A stretch of 64,000 bases of DNA from Eledone cirrhosa (Eukaryota). The stretch is from assembly GCA_964016885.1 (NCBI GenBank), contig OZ024741.1, positions 202,244,001 through 202,308,000 on the forward strand, given 5' to 3'. A program made the position numbers and the translations under genes. The notes beneath the pieces are model-generated. The model made no database searches. It was given only the letters and a program-made list of their open reading frames with translations, and was not told the origin of the DNA. This document shows positions 1-11,064 of this stretch, piece after piece. Position 1 is the stretch's first letter; each line of letters begins with the position of its first letter.

Positions 1-330
1 CCGAAGGGTCTTTAGAGTATTATTAGTGCGTATAGAGTGCGTAGCTCGGAAATCAGAGAGCCACATCAGATAGAGCCGTTACTTCTCCGAATTGATGGTT
101 AACAATTCCGATATTACGGACATGTGGTTAGAATGTCTCGAGAATGAATTGCTGGACAGATTTTACGGGCAAAACCAACTGGCAGGAGACCCAGGCGTAG
201 ACCCGGAGCAAGATGGTTTGATGATATCCATGAGCTTGGCTGGTCTCGCTTGCAGATCAGTTGGGGACGGTTGTTTGTGACAGGACTCGCTGGAAGGAGT
301 TTTTGAGGACTCTGCCCCCACTACCCTCTC
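1..330 (+). mobile_element. RTE-clade LINE 3' end fragment (degenerate)
   Basis: Broken frame reads RVRSSEIRE..IEPLLLRI..YYGHVVRMSRE..QILRAKPTGRRPRRRP..RWFDDIHELG, the typical RTE C-terminus, and ends in a microsatellite tail. Similar copies at about 7160-7350 and 46648-47022. Confidence 0.75.
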
Positions 331-415
331 AAGAAGAAGAAGAAGGAGAAGAAGAAGAAGAAGAAGAAGAAGAAGAAGAAGAAGAAGAAGAAGAAGAAGA
401 AGAAGAAGAAGAAGG
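331..415 (+). repeat. (GAA)n microsatellite, tail of the RTE fragment
   Basis: Directly visible AAG/GAA run. Confidence 0.95.
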
Positions 416-1125
416 AGGGTTTTTTTTTTCTTTTTAAACTGGGCGTCACTCTAATCGAGAAGATCTATAATAAACGGAACCCCAGCTGAGACTGTATTGT
501 CTTCTTTAGGGATATGTAGGACTACATTTTCTACACTGTAGTTTCTTTATTTGACGGAATTTTGCTGATAAACAAGAAAGATTCAATTAATTTATATATA
601 TACGAACCTTCACAATTTCTACTACATCTAGTATTTCTAAAACATCTATTAACAGTACATTACAGATTGTTCACAGTTCTTTCAGAAGGAAAATATCAAC
701 ACATATAATAAATACAATCAGCCGCACCTCCCACCTTATGCGTCAGTCTTCTGGCTTATGTTAAAACATAATCTGCCACTAAAAAGACTATGCTTTGTAT
801 ATCATACACAGATATGAGAAGAGTAGCTTCGATTGCAATTAATAGATGTTGTTAATTGCTGGTTACTGAGTGAGAAATTAATTGCGAACAAAGTAAGACT
901 TAAGAGAAGAAATGTTCACAGTAAAATTTAAGAATATCCATATTTCTGTGTTTTTAATTTTCAATTACATTATATTTTTAATTATTTATAGCCACATAAT
1001 TCTAAGCCAACGAAAAGTCGTTTAGAGTTATCTTACTTGAAAACATATGACATTAACATACATGATTCAATCGTCGAAATGATATTTAGTAATTCACATC
1101 ATTGTATGTATGTATATAACACACT

Positions 1126-1162
1126 TCTCACCTGAAGAAGGGCTTATGCCCGAAACGTCGTC
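1126..1162 (+). ncRNA. Minimal hammerhead-ribozyme-like motif of a Penelope-like terminal repeat (probably degenerate)
   Basis: CTGAAGA (1132-1138), stem II GGGC-TTAT-GCCC, GAAA (1152-1155), palindromic ACGT stem III and GTC triplet, followed by AATAAA at about 1197. Stem I keeps only about 2 bp. Confidence 0.55.
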
Positions 1163-1246
1163 CCCCACCTACCCCCACTCTCCTGAGCGTGAATTTAATA
1201 AACATTTATTGTACTGCCTCTCTGTTCTGTCCCTGTTCAATTTTTC

Positions 1247-1248
<2 letters not shown>

Positions 1249-1301
<53 letters not shown>
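1249..1301. repeat. (TA)n microsatellite
   Basis: Directly visible. Confidence 0.95.
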
Positions 1302-1303
<2 letters not shown>

Positions 1304-1413
1304 AAAGTTATATTTAAATTGTTGGGTTAACAACGAGTAAATATTTATAACTGATATAAAAGCACTCAACAAGTATTTGGAGTATCTATTTATTTATAAG
1401 ACTGTTTATATTG

Positions 1414-1479
1414 TATTTTGTCTGAAGATGGCATAACATATTGTTAATATGATATCCCTGAAATATATATAACGAAATA
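1414..1479 (+). ncRNA. Second type-I hammerhead-like motif (Penelope-like terminal repeat)
   Basis: Stem I TATTTTGT(1414-1421)/ACGAAATA(1472-1479), core CTGAAGA (1422-1428), stem II hairpin CATATT-GTT-AATATG with a GG/CC base, GAAA (1460-1463), palindromic ATATATAT stem III, ATA triplet. The pair closing stem II is a T/T mismatch. Confidence 0.55.
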
Positions 1480-1518
1480 AATATGGTTTTATAAATATAG
1501 TTTCCATTTATTTAATAT

Positions 1519-1519
<1 letters not shown>

Positions 1520-1551
<32 letters not shown>

Positions 1552-1553
1552 TA

Positions 1554-1626
<73 letters not shown>

Positions 1627-1698
1627 GTGTGTGTGTGTGTATTTATGTATGTATGTGTGTGTGTGTGTGTGTTTAGAGAGAGAGAAAGAGGGAGAGAG
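1520..1698. repeat. Compound microsatellite (TA)n-(TG)n-(AG)n
   Basis: Directly visible. It explains the YIYI/HTHT/VCVC spurious ORFs. Confidence 0.95.
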
Positions 1699-2125
1699 CA
1701 GAACATATAGCATTTACAGATCTTTCCTTGACACTGATTCTTTAATCTTCTAAGATACATACATACTAGGTGTGAAGTAAAAATATTCTTCCTCATGCCT
1801 GCGTTATTATTGTTACTACTATAATTATAATTGATTACATTTTACCTACCCTAGTTATGTATTTAATGAAAATGTTGTATCAAAACAACTGTAAAGATTG
1901 AATGATTTAAGAACTATCTATCATCTTAATTTGTTAAAAATACCACATTTTCTTCTACTCTTAAGATTCTCATCCCTATGTTTCTATCTGTAAGTGTATA
2001 AACAGATTGAGCTTAAATTTTCTCACTTGCTATTTCTCTTCCAGTCAATTTATGTGAATGTTTATATATATGTGTGTGTGCATAATTCTACATGCATATG
2101 TGTGTTTATGCATATTTGATGCAAC

Positions 2126-2702
2126 TATAACGGCGGCGAAGATTCGAAACCGAATCTGAGCTTTCCCGCCTCTGGGACAAGCCGTGGTTAGTTGTTTACA
2201 CTCGGCAGACCAACCCCTTGGGAGATGCTAAACACAGGTCAGATGTTGTTTACACCTGGCAGAAAATAAGTCAGATGATATATCCATCCTTCTGAGTTGT
2301 TTACACCTGGCAGACCAGCCCCTTGGGAGATTCTAACCAAAGGTCAGAGGATATATCTATCCTTCTAACTTCAACCCTTATAAATACAAGGGTTGTTTAC
2401 GCCCCGGGCAGAAAAAGTGTTACCACATACAAGAACAGACATTTCACCTACTCTATCAAATCTCCCTTCACGAAAAACGTCTGTCCACTATTTCTCACAC
2501 GCCTCACGCCTGACTGAGTGATTACTACTACTGCTAAAACAAGAAAGTATACTAATACGCACACACGCATACGCAGTAAGTTCCCACTGCTTGCATTTTT
2601 ATACGTACCCTTTCTGTCACATTGTATCTTTCAGATACAATACAAATTATCTTATAATCATATTCTGTGATACTTGTATTTACGTGGCTCGAAGAGCCAC
2701 CA
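2126..2702 (+). mobile_element. Putative solo-LTR-like element with internal repeats
   Basis: CpG-richer island starting TATAACGGCGG. It has 4 copies of GTTGTTTAC..GGCAGA, duplicated CCCCTTGGGAGAT and ATATATC-ATCCTTCT blocks, and TATAAATA at 2379-2386. Canonical TG..CA ends and a TSD are not clearly seen. Confidence 0.35.
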
Positions 2703-2984
2703 AATTATTTTACGAATATTTCATGTTATAAATTTTATCATTCAATATTCAAATTGAATATTGTTATAATAAAATAAACTTTGTAACAACACAATCCTGG
2801 TATTTTTTTTTTTTTGTAAGAAAATGATTGATTTTAAATTAGTGATATAATTTATTGAGAAAAACTCCATTAGGGTGTCCTAATATTATTGAAATTTGCT
2901 GATATTTTGTGAATAAGCATCATATCTTGTCATTTACCTATGGTTTAAATTTCATATAAATCGAAGGGAAAACTTTTTTTTTCA

Positions 2985-4090
2985 ACCTCTCTCTGAGCTG
3001 TGTGTACCTGTCACCTAGTTTCTTTCTTAGCTACCTGGTACCAGTCTCTGTTACCCCAATTTTTCCAGTCTTTCCAAGCCTGTCTCTTGGCTTTGATGGC
3101 TCTATCCATTGAGCTGTTCCACCACCAGGTCACCCTCTGTCTGGCTGGTACTCTACTCCAGCCACAAGTCTCATCATTAGTTAGCAAAAGGTTGTCCATA
3201 AGAATTTCCAGTTGTCCTCTACATCATAGGTATCTAGCTCATCACTTCTCTCATCAAATGCATTCCATAGGGCCTCTCTAAACTTATATTTAATCAGGAG
3301 ATCCTTTAATTTCCAGACCCACCATCTCCATATTTCCTTGCGGGTCTTTTCCTGTCTCATGTTTATTTTGATATCACTAATAACTAACTTGTGCTGAGCA
3401 GTGCATTCTTCCCCGAGGAACACCTTAGTATTTATGTTTGTCTTGTTGTCTAACAAGGAAATAGTCAATTTGGCTTTTGTTTTCACCTATTTGATATGAT
3501 ATTAGGTGGTTGGCTGGTTTCCTGAAATTTGTGTTGCAGATGGTAAGTTTATTTGCATCACAGTATTCCAAGAGTCTCAATCCTGCTTCATTTCTTGAGC
3601 CATAACAATAGCACTGTGAACTCCACTGAATCCTTCCTGTTACTCTCCAACATGTCCATTGAAGTCGCTTGCCAGGATGTTGAAGTCACCTTTATCAGTA
3701 CCTGAAGTTGTCTGTAAAAGTTCTTTATAGAACTTGTCCTTTTGTTCTTTACTCAGTCCCTCCTGTGGAACATAGGTAGATATGATTGTCACCTGTCTAT
3801 TTCTTACAGTTAATCAAAGCCTGATGATTCTGTAACTTACTCTAACTTCCTCTATCACTTTATCTGTTCATTTTTCAGTTTTCAGCTAGCAAGATGCCTA
3901 CACCTCCTACCTCATTGTCATTTCCTATCCAGTAAAGCTGGATGTCTATGCTATTTGCCTGTCAGTAGTCTTGCTGAGTCACCCCTCCATCTCACCTCTT
4001 GTACATAGAAAATGTCTATTTCTCTCCTCTTCAGCAGTTCTACAATTTCGCCCGATTTACTTTTCAGAGGGTGCCAACATTGAGGGTGGA
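2985..4090 (-). mobile_element. RTE-clade LINE fragment, APE endonuclease region
   Basis: Minus frames give DFNGHVG, RNEAGLRLLEYCDANKLTICNTNFRKP, KVFLGEECTAQHKLVISD and WWWNSSMDRAIKAKRQAWKDWK, with many stops and frameshifts. Confidence 0.85.
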
Positions 4091-4391
4091 AGTCCTGAGT
4101 TTTGTACCTTGCCAGTTGCTATTTCCTTGGGGAGAAGATTTATGTATCTGAAAAGGAAAAGGGTTGTGTGATTGCTTGATAATAGTCAAGGGGTTCTCAC
4201 ACATGGATACTCTAGCCACCCCACTCCATGTGCAATACTAACATGATTAGTGTTAGCCCCACATACACATTTTGTGGGAGTTATATTTGTCATACTGTTC
4301 ATATTTTGGCAGGGTTTACATATATATATATATATACTTTATTATGGCTAAGTTGTGAAGTTTCATCTGTGACACACACACATGCGTGTGC

Positions 4392-4527
4392 ACGATGGGT
4401 TTCTGCATTTTTAATCTACCAAATTCTACTTACAAGATATTGGTCAACTTGAGGTTATAGTAGTCACTTTCCCAGAGTGGGACTTAACTCAGAACCACAT
4501 AGTTACTCTTTAACCACACAGCCATGT
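4392..4527 (-). mobile_element. tRNA-derived SINE remnant
   Basis: Reverse complement starts CATGGCTGTGTGGTTAAAG (A-box-like) ...GGTTCTGAGTTAAGTCCCAC (B-box-like), followed by a SINE body and a (TG)n tail. Confidence 0.55.
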
Positions 4528-4829
4528 CTGACAACTTTTATTTGATAACACATTTAATACTCCATTTTCAAAATCTAACACACCAGTGAGTACTTCCATC
4601 TCCTCACACTAATGACCACCTCATTTAAGCACTCACACTATCATCTCTTAGCTATTCTCAGTTACTACATCCTTCCTCTAAAAATCCTGATACTTCTGCA
4701 ACTACTCCCCTTACACTATTGAAGGTCACCCCTGCCCTCCTACTCATCACAGTGTCAGTCCCACCATAATTGCCATATATTCATAACATCACAGTTATCT
4801 TTCTTCTCACCATCCACTCTTCAGAGTAA

Positions 4830-5408
4830 AGAGGGCTCTCCAGTTGGGACAATAACTGACCCAATACACCCTGTAAAGTAATTAGTGATAGGAAGGGCAC
4901 CCTACTGTAGAGACCATGCCAAAAAGTGTCAAGAGAACCCTTCAGTTGTGAGAACAGCATAACTTTTCTAGTGTCAGTGATCTAGATAATATACGCTGTA
5001 AGTTTGTTGTTGATAGGAAGGACATCCAGTCATAGAAACCTTGACAAATAAAGGGTTGGGAGGACCCTTCAGTTCTGTCAACAACACAACCTCTCTAGCG
5101 TTGGTGTTCTACACAAAACATGCTGTCAAATTGTTGGTGATAGGAAGGGCATCCAGCCATAGAAAGCTAGCCAAACAAAGGGTTGGGAGGACTCTTCAGT
5201 TGTATCAAAGACATGACATCCTCTCTAATGCTAGTGCCATGATAAAATACACTCAGTAGAGCATGAGATTGTATGCAAGTGAGATGCAAAACCTTGACCT
5301 GTCTGGGAGGTATATAGCCCTGCTTGAGTACTGACTCAGCCTATGAAAACCTGTGCAACTCTTGCTAGCAGGGAAAACAGATGTTAAATAATGGTGATAA
5401 TAATGATA
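4830..5408 (+). mobile_element. LINE/SINE 3' tail with an internally triplicated module
   Basis: Three copies of ..GGTGATAGGAAGGGCATCCAGCCATAGAAACC-like sequence, ending GCAGGGAAAACAGATGTTAAATAATGGTGATAATAATGAT. The same module recurs at 47.8-48.3, 51.5-51.8, 53.5-53.9, 56.2-56.5 and 62.0-62.2 kb. Confidence 0.65.
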
Positions 5409-5729
5409 AACCTTTGCTTGATGATGACATCAAAGAGGGTGGTATAATGAGCCTAGTAGATACTTGTATAAGTCCAATAGTGAGGTATCACAACAAAGTA
5501 TTCATCCAAGTACAGTCCTAGTCACAAGTGGTCCTTTATTTGCCTTATTCAACTTAAATTCCAAGTTCTGGGAGGCATGTTACATAGTCTTCATTATATG
5601 ACTATGGTGTTAAGTTACAAGATATAGTAAGTAAAATATACAAAATATGCAATGCCAATATTCTTCTTCCTGTGAGTCTTTCTTCAGACATTCTAACCAC
5701 ATAGTATAACAATGATATCACCTCTCCTG

Positions 5730-5901
5730 CAAACAAACTATTGTTATTAAGGAATTTCGTTTAATATCATTTGTAATCTTTATTGCAGTATCAGCTTTCA
5801 AATCACTGATTTTATTAATTTCTTTTTAATTAAAAAAGATATATATAATTATATATTTGTATATATAAGTTGTGTCGAATGTGTAAAATTTATTGCAATA
5901 C
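5730..5901 (+). repeat. About 170-bp direct repeat, copy 1
   Basis: CAAACAAACTATTGTTATTAAGGAA..ATATCATTTG-AATCTTTATT-CAGTATCAGCT-TCAAATCAC..AAAAAGATATATAT..TTTATTGCAATAC, matching 6739-6900. Confidence 0.85.
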
Positions 5902-6738
5902 AAAATATCCAGTAGTAAAATAAAATTGTACAATATACATGGGAATAAGGAAACAAAAAAGAAGAAAGAAAATGAGAAAGAAAAAAGAAAGGGAATTAAG
6001 CAATGAAAGAAAAAATTTTCATTAAATAGTTTTTGGAATATTATTTAAAGCTTAAGGAACAGATCTTGCATTTTGTTCACTAGCAATATTTATGCTACTG
6101 TGTATTTGATCTACATGAGCTAATATGCTCTATTCACCCATATGAACCACTATTGCATAACAACTACATGAGATAAATCTGGCTTGGTGTGGTTCATTTA
6201 TTCTACATTGATACCAAATTGGAGCTGCAGTTTCATAAGACATTCTTATTGGTAATTATATAATATGTGCCTGCTCGTGAAAGTCAATGAAATAAGATGT
6301 CTTCTTGGTTGAAGACCATCAAAACACAGCCCTAGCTACAAGAAGTCCTTTATTGCTAGCCACATTCAACTCAATGCGCATCTCCCTTACCATCTTCCGG
6401 GGGAAACACCTTCTCCATTCTGTCCACCAGGGCTGTGGGGCGGCCAGCATGTGGGACCCCCATTTGCTCACTATACAGAGATGGGGAGGGCGAGAGAGAT
6501 GGGGGTGATGACGGTGGGAGTTTGGATCTTTCGTGTTTGGGCATATTGCACCTGTCATGTGGATGATGTGATAATTTAAACTATTAATTACTTTACAACC
6601 AGTGAGGACAGGTTGTTGGCGTTGGATAGAGCATTTCTGACAACTATCCTTATTTTTCTCTTAGCTGTCATCCCATTTTTATCAAAAGACATGTATCTTA
6701 CACCTAATTAAACCGCCACCACACCACCACCAAACGTA

Positions 6739-6900
6739 CAAACAAACTATTGTTATTAAGGAACAGCATCAAATATCATTTGCAATCTTTATTACAGTAT
6801 CAGCTCTCAAATCACCATTTACATTAATTATTTTTTTAATTTAAAAAGATATATATGTATGAATATATAAAAAAAATTGTGTAGAATTTATTGCAATACA
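6739..6900 (+). repeat. About 160-bp direct repeat, copy 2
   Basis: Diverged copy of 5730-5901. Confidence 0.85.
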
Positions 6901-7159
6901 TGCAACACCAATAATATTAGTAACCTTAAATTATAGTATAAGAATGATATCATATTTACATCAGTTAAAAAACCTTGGTGTTGTAGTTCGAGAAATGGAG
7001 GTTGATAAAGTAATGTATTTCTTAGGCTGAATCAGTGTGATACATCTGACAGATTGGACCTTTGAATTATAATTACAAGCTATCTAATAGGATTCCATAT
7101 AGTTTCTGTCTACCCAATTTCACACATAAGCCAAACTCCCTACCTTCAATTCGTATTCG

Positions 7160-7350
7160 TGCCAACCCTTAACTATGGTCATGAATCTTGGGTAATGATA
7201 GAAAGAATACGATTGTGAATACAAACGGCTGAAAAGGGGTTCCTCCGAAGAGTCTTTGGATTAACATTACTTGATAGAGTAGCTCGGAGATCAGAGTGTC
7301 ATTCCAGGTAAAGCCGCTACTTCTCTGAATTGAGAGATCACAGCTCTGAT
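7160..7350 (+). mobile_element. RTE LINE fragment
   Basis: Reads LTMVMNLG..ERIRL*IQTAEKGFLRRVFGLTLLDR and overlaps in sequence with the copy at 1-330. Confidence 0.65.
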
Positions 7351-7384
7351 ATTATGCCAATGGGAGTATAGATGTAAATAATTG

Positions 7385-7516
7385 TTTCTACGTTAGGCAC
7401 AAGGCCAGCAATTACCCAGTGTATTACTGGTACTTTATTTTATCGACCCCGTAAGGATGAAAGGCAAAGTTAACCTCGGCGGGATTTGAACTCAAAATGG
7501 CAAGGGCCGTAACTCT
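7385..7516 (-). mobile_element. tRNA-derived SINE
   Basis: Reverse complement of GAGTTCAAATCCCGCCGAGGTTAACTTTGCCTTTCATCCTTACGGGGTCGATAAAATAAAGTACCAG. Same family at 8945-9090 and 61470-61657. Confidence 0.8.
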
Positions 7517-8449
7517 TAATAATTATACAGAAACAGCACAAACAGAGAAGCAGATTAAGAGCCATTGAGGTCCTCTGCTGAAAATTTAATCGGGCCCTTG
7601 CGACAAACTGAATATATTATTTATGGTAGCAAAATAAAATAAAATAATAATTTGGGGCTCTTTAAATATTGTAGCACCCCGGTTACAGCTCAGTCAGAAT
7701 ACACCTCCCTATCACTTAACCTGCCACGGGTACAAACGTAAGAGTAAAGTCCCATGCCCAAAGGTAAAGAATGGGTTGTGGTAAGACAAGGAGGAGAGAA
7801 TAAGAAAAGCATTCGTTTGTGCAGGTAGACTATGAAAGGTGAAGATGGTAAGCTTCTTGCGTTTCTAGTTGTGTCTTTACTAAAGGGTCCCTCTTTTTCT
7901 CTAACAAAAGTAAGTTCCTCAAAACCGTAGACTCGTGTCAACTAGTCCACCCGTCCCCTCTATTCTGGTGTGAGTGTAAGTCGAAGTGGTCTGATGGTCA
8001 CTTAAACCGTTGATCTCCTATTTAGTCTCTGCATTGTCTTATCCCTTACATTAATAATTTCACTCACATTTCGAAGTAATGTTTTGCCTGAAACCGTACT
8101 TTACAGCACCCAAACTTATGTGAATTTCATTTAATTAATTTTTTTTACGCCTCGCTTGTGTTTAGATTGATCAAGCAGACATACAATTAAAAGTTTTCCA
8201 GCTGTGATGGTCCTCTTTTCCTTTACCGAAAGGTATCCGCTACTACATTTTTCAGTATGACCTGTTCTATTTGTGACAGGACGAGCGGCAACATAACAGT
8301 TTTCTTCGTCGCCGAATGACAGCGTCTTGTTTTCAACACCGGTTAACTTGCATATTGCCTTTTTGAAATTTGATATAATATATCTGGGACATTTTAATTA
8401 GTGATTTACTTAATAATATCTCGGAATTTAATCAAATCGTGCAGACATT

Positions 8450-8647
8450 ATGTGCCTGAAAGCCTGTCTGTTGTATTCCACCGGCTGCTTTTCATTACTT
8501 CCACTGTCTTGTTTACCTCTGTTGGTGCTTTATGGTTTTGCATGCGGTGTGGATACTATTCTTCAAATGTCAATACTCTTGTCATTGGCCTGTGTCTTGG
8601 GGCATTATATTTCGATTAACTGGATTTTTCTTCAACCCTTTGGAGAG
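8450..8647 (+). CDS. Coding exon 1 (66 aa) of a multi-pass membrane protein, Ice2/SERINC-like
   Basis: ATG at 8450, hydrophobic MCLKACLLYS..LPLLVLYGFACGVDTILQMSILLSLACVLGHY..FLQPFGE, then a strong donor GAG|GTATGT at 8647/8648 in phase 0, matching the acceptor phase at 45591/45592. Confidence 0.7.
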
Positions 8648-8944
8648 GTATGTATCTATTGTAAGCTCACCCTGAAATAAACTTTTACTATCAAATTTAG
8701 TAACTCTGGCCACGTTTATTATCAAGCACTAACAATAATTGACTTCCTATCAAATCTAATACTTTAAAGCAAAATTAGAACTTAGCTGGTTCATTATTTA
8801 TTAATTCTTAATAATTAGTGTTACATATATATATGTAATGTTTAATGCTAAAAATAAAATGAACGAATGTTTATTTATGAAGGCTTAGAAGTCATGGAGT
8901 TTGATACAACTCAAAAATGTGTTAAATATTGTCGCGAGCAGTGC

Positions 8945-9090
8945 TAATAGAGTTACGGCCCTTGCTATTCTGAGTTCAAATCCCGCCAAGGTTAACTTTG
9001 CCTTTCATCCTTATGGGGTCGATAAAATAAAGTACCAGTAATGCACTAGGTATTTGCTGGCCTTGTGCCAAAAGTAGAAACAATTATTAT
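8945..9090 (+). mobile_element. tRNA-derived SINE
   Basis: GAGTTCAAATCCCGCC B-box followed by GTTAACTTTGCCTTTCATCCTT..GGGGTCGATAAAATAAAGTACCAG..GGCCTTGTGCCAAAAGTAGAAAC. Confidence 0.8.
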
Positions 9091-9659
9091 TTTTAAAATA
9101 AAATATTTAGCATTATTAATAGCAATTAAAAAGTACCGGACAAGCGTGCGGAAGCATTCAATCATGAAATTAAAATAAATGATAGCCCCACAGAATAAAC
9201 TTATAAATAGTAGTTTTATTGCAACACAACTTAGCTGCAATTTTTAAAAGAAGCGCCACAGTTCTATTCACGTTTTTTCTATAAAATAAAAAACAAAACA
9301 ATTAAGGTATTATTGACGATATTGTTATAATAGTTGTAAGCAATAAAATGATTAACAGATCCCAATTTCGAAGGATATTGGAAGTGGGGAGGTATGTAAT
9401 CGAAAAATGTATTCAAATATTCCGCCCAGTCATGGTTGTATGGTCTAAGAAGTTTTATCCCACTTCGCTACACTTTGGATAAGCTATACCATCGGGTTCA
9501 CTAATAGCTTGTATGTTGAATTCGGTGGGCGGAAACTGCGAAAGTCTATCGTAAATATGTATATAGGTAATTGTTGTGTAAAATAATCTAATTTATTCAC
9601 GCCTTTTACACAATTACAATACAATTTATATAATGTAAAAGAAGGGGTGAACAACGGAG

Positions 9660-10100
9660 CCAACATCAGAGCAAAATACAGCAACGTCGCGAGTACTGGG
9701 CAACCTCTCTAATGATTTTTGAGGCAAGCCAGCACACTCGCAGCGTTGCCTGGGGTGATGGCGAGGTTGATGCGCTGAAACAGCCAAGTACCCTCGCGAG
9801 ATTCGCCAGTCACCTCTATTAGGCGAGCCGCCAGTGAGGAAAGGAACCTCGCAGTCAGCGACCCGACTCCCCCAAACGTCTCGAAAGCCACAGGCTGAAA
9901 AATGTAGCTGGCCGACAGATCAGAGTATTTGAGGGTCTTACTCCGCTCGGCTGCGGAAACTGTGGCTCTCGTCCTAACCGCAGCATCCAGGATGTGGGAA
10001 AGAGCAAAGGAGTCACTAACAGTGACGTCCCAGACAAGGCACCTGCCTCTCGACCAGGGGCACAGGGTAAGACCGTCAGGTCTTTTGCCGTCACTTCTGG
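9660..10100 (-). mobile_element. CRE-clade non-LTR retrotransposon 3' end (restriction-like endonuclease), copy A
   Basis: Reads DGKRPDGLTLCPWSRGRCLVWDVTVSDSFA..KYSDL..FQPVAFETFGGVG..WLFQRINLAITPGNAASVLACL, the RLE signature of CRE elements. CpG-rich, so probably younger than its neighbours. Confidence 0.85.
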
Positions 10101-10339
10101 TAATTGTTTATTTTTCGGATGTAAAATTACTTTTGACTTTCGCACTTAGCTCATATTGACAACGCTGGTGTATCATTAACTCTTTAATGAAAAACGTTTT
10201 ATTCACTGTTGTATAGAAAGATATAATAATACAATGCTTACAGAACGAAAGCACAGTCAAATATAATATAAAGCAAAGGAGAAAGAGAAAAGAAAACACA
10301 CACACACACATCTGGGACCACATACAACAAAAGGCAGGC

Positions 10340-11060
10340 GAAAGGGGTAGACAACCGAGCCGCTACCAGAGTAAAAGATAACAGTATTGCGAGGATTGGG
10401 AAACCTCTCTAATGATTTTTTATAGTGAGGCTGATGCGCTGGAACAACCTAGCGCCCTCACGAGCTTCACCAGTTACCTCTGTTAGACGAGTCGCCAGTG
10501 AAGATAGGAATCTCACAGTCAATAGCCCAACTCCCCCAAACGTCTTGAATGCCACAGGCTAGAAAATGTAGTTAGCTGATATCACAGTATTTTAGGATTT
10601 TGCTCCATTCGGCTGTGGAAGCTGTGGCTCTCGCCCTAACCGCAGCATCCAGGATGTGGGAAGAAGCAAAAGGGTCACTAACTGTGACGTCCAAGACAAG
10701 GCATCTACCTCTCGACCAGGAGCACTGGGTAAGGCCTCAGGTCTTTTCCCATCATTTCTGGACAACCCAGATGGTTCCAAGATCGAAGGGATGTTTGCCC
10801 GGGGACAAAGCTCTTTTGAGAATAAGGTTTAGCTGTGTGACATGAAGCAAGAAAGACTGTGGAGTCGAGGTGTTTGTCACAGCGACACCTCAAACCTGTA
10901 CAGGCATCAGCTCCCACTCTGAGGGCAATGGCGACACGAAGTTCATCCAAACTGAGTAAGCTACCAACATTAACCCAGTTATCTGAGTATATGGCACTGG
11001 CAGATAGTAAGCGGCACCTTGAAAACTGATCCCGGCAGACTGCGTGCTTTCTGTATGCCA
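10340..11060 (-). mobile_element. CRE-clade non-LTR retrotransposon 3' end, copy B
   Basis: Reads LSLDELRVAIALRVGA..CRCDKHLD, EPSGLSRNDGKRP, WSRGRCLVLDVTVSDPFA and PVAFKTFGG. Clearly homologous to copy A. Confidence 0.85.
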
Positions 11061-11064
11061 CCAT

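Noticed and set aside
1110-1796. YIYI/HTHT/VCVC ORFs
   Set aside because: Translations of dinucleotide microsatellites.
7690-8040. GC-richer segment, possibly a retroelement 5' UTR or promoter
   Set aside because: I could not fit a ribozyme fold, an ORF family or terminal repeats, so it is left unannotated.
8940-9000. tRNA gene (GTTCAAATCC B-box; also at 7480 and 61540)
   Set aside because: No cloverleaf forms, and the B-box runs directly into a SINE body.
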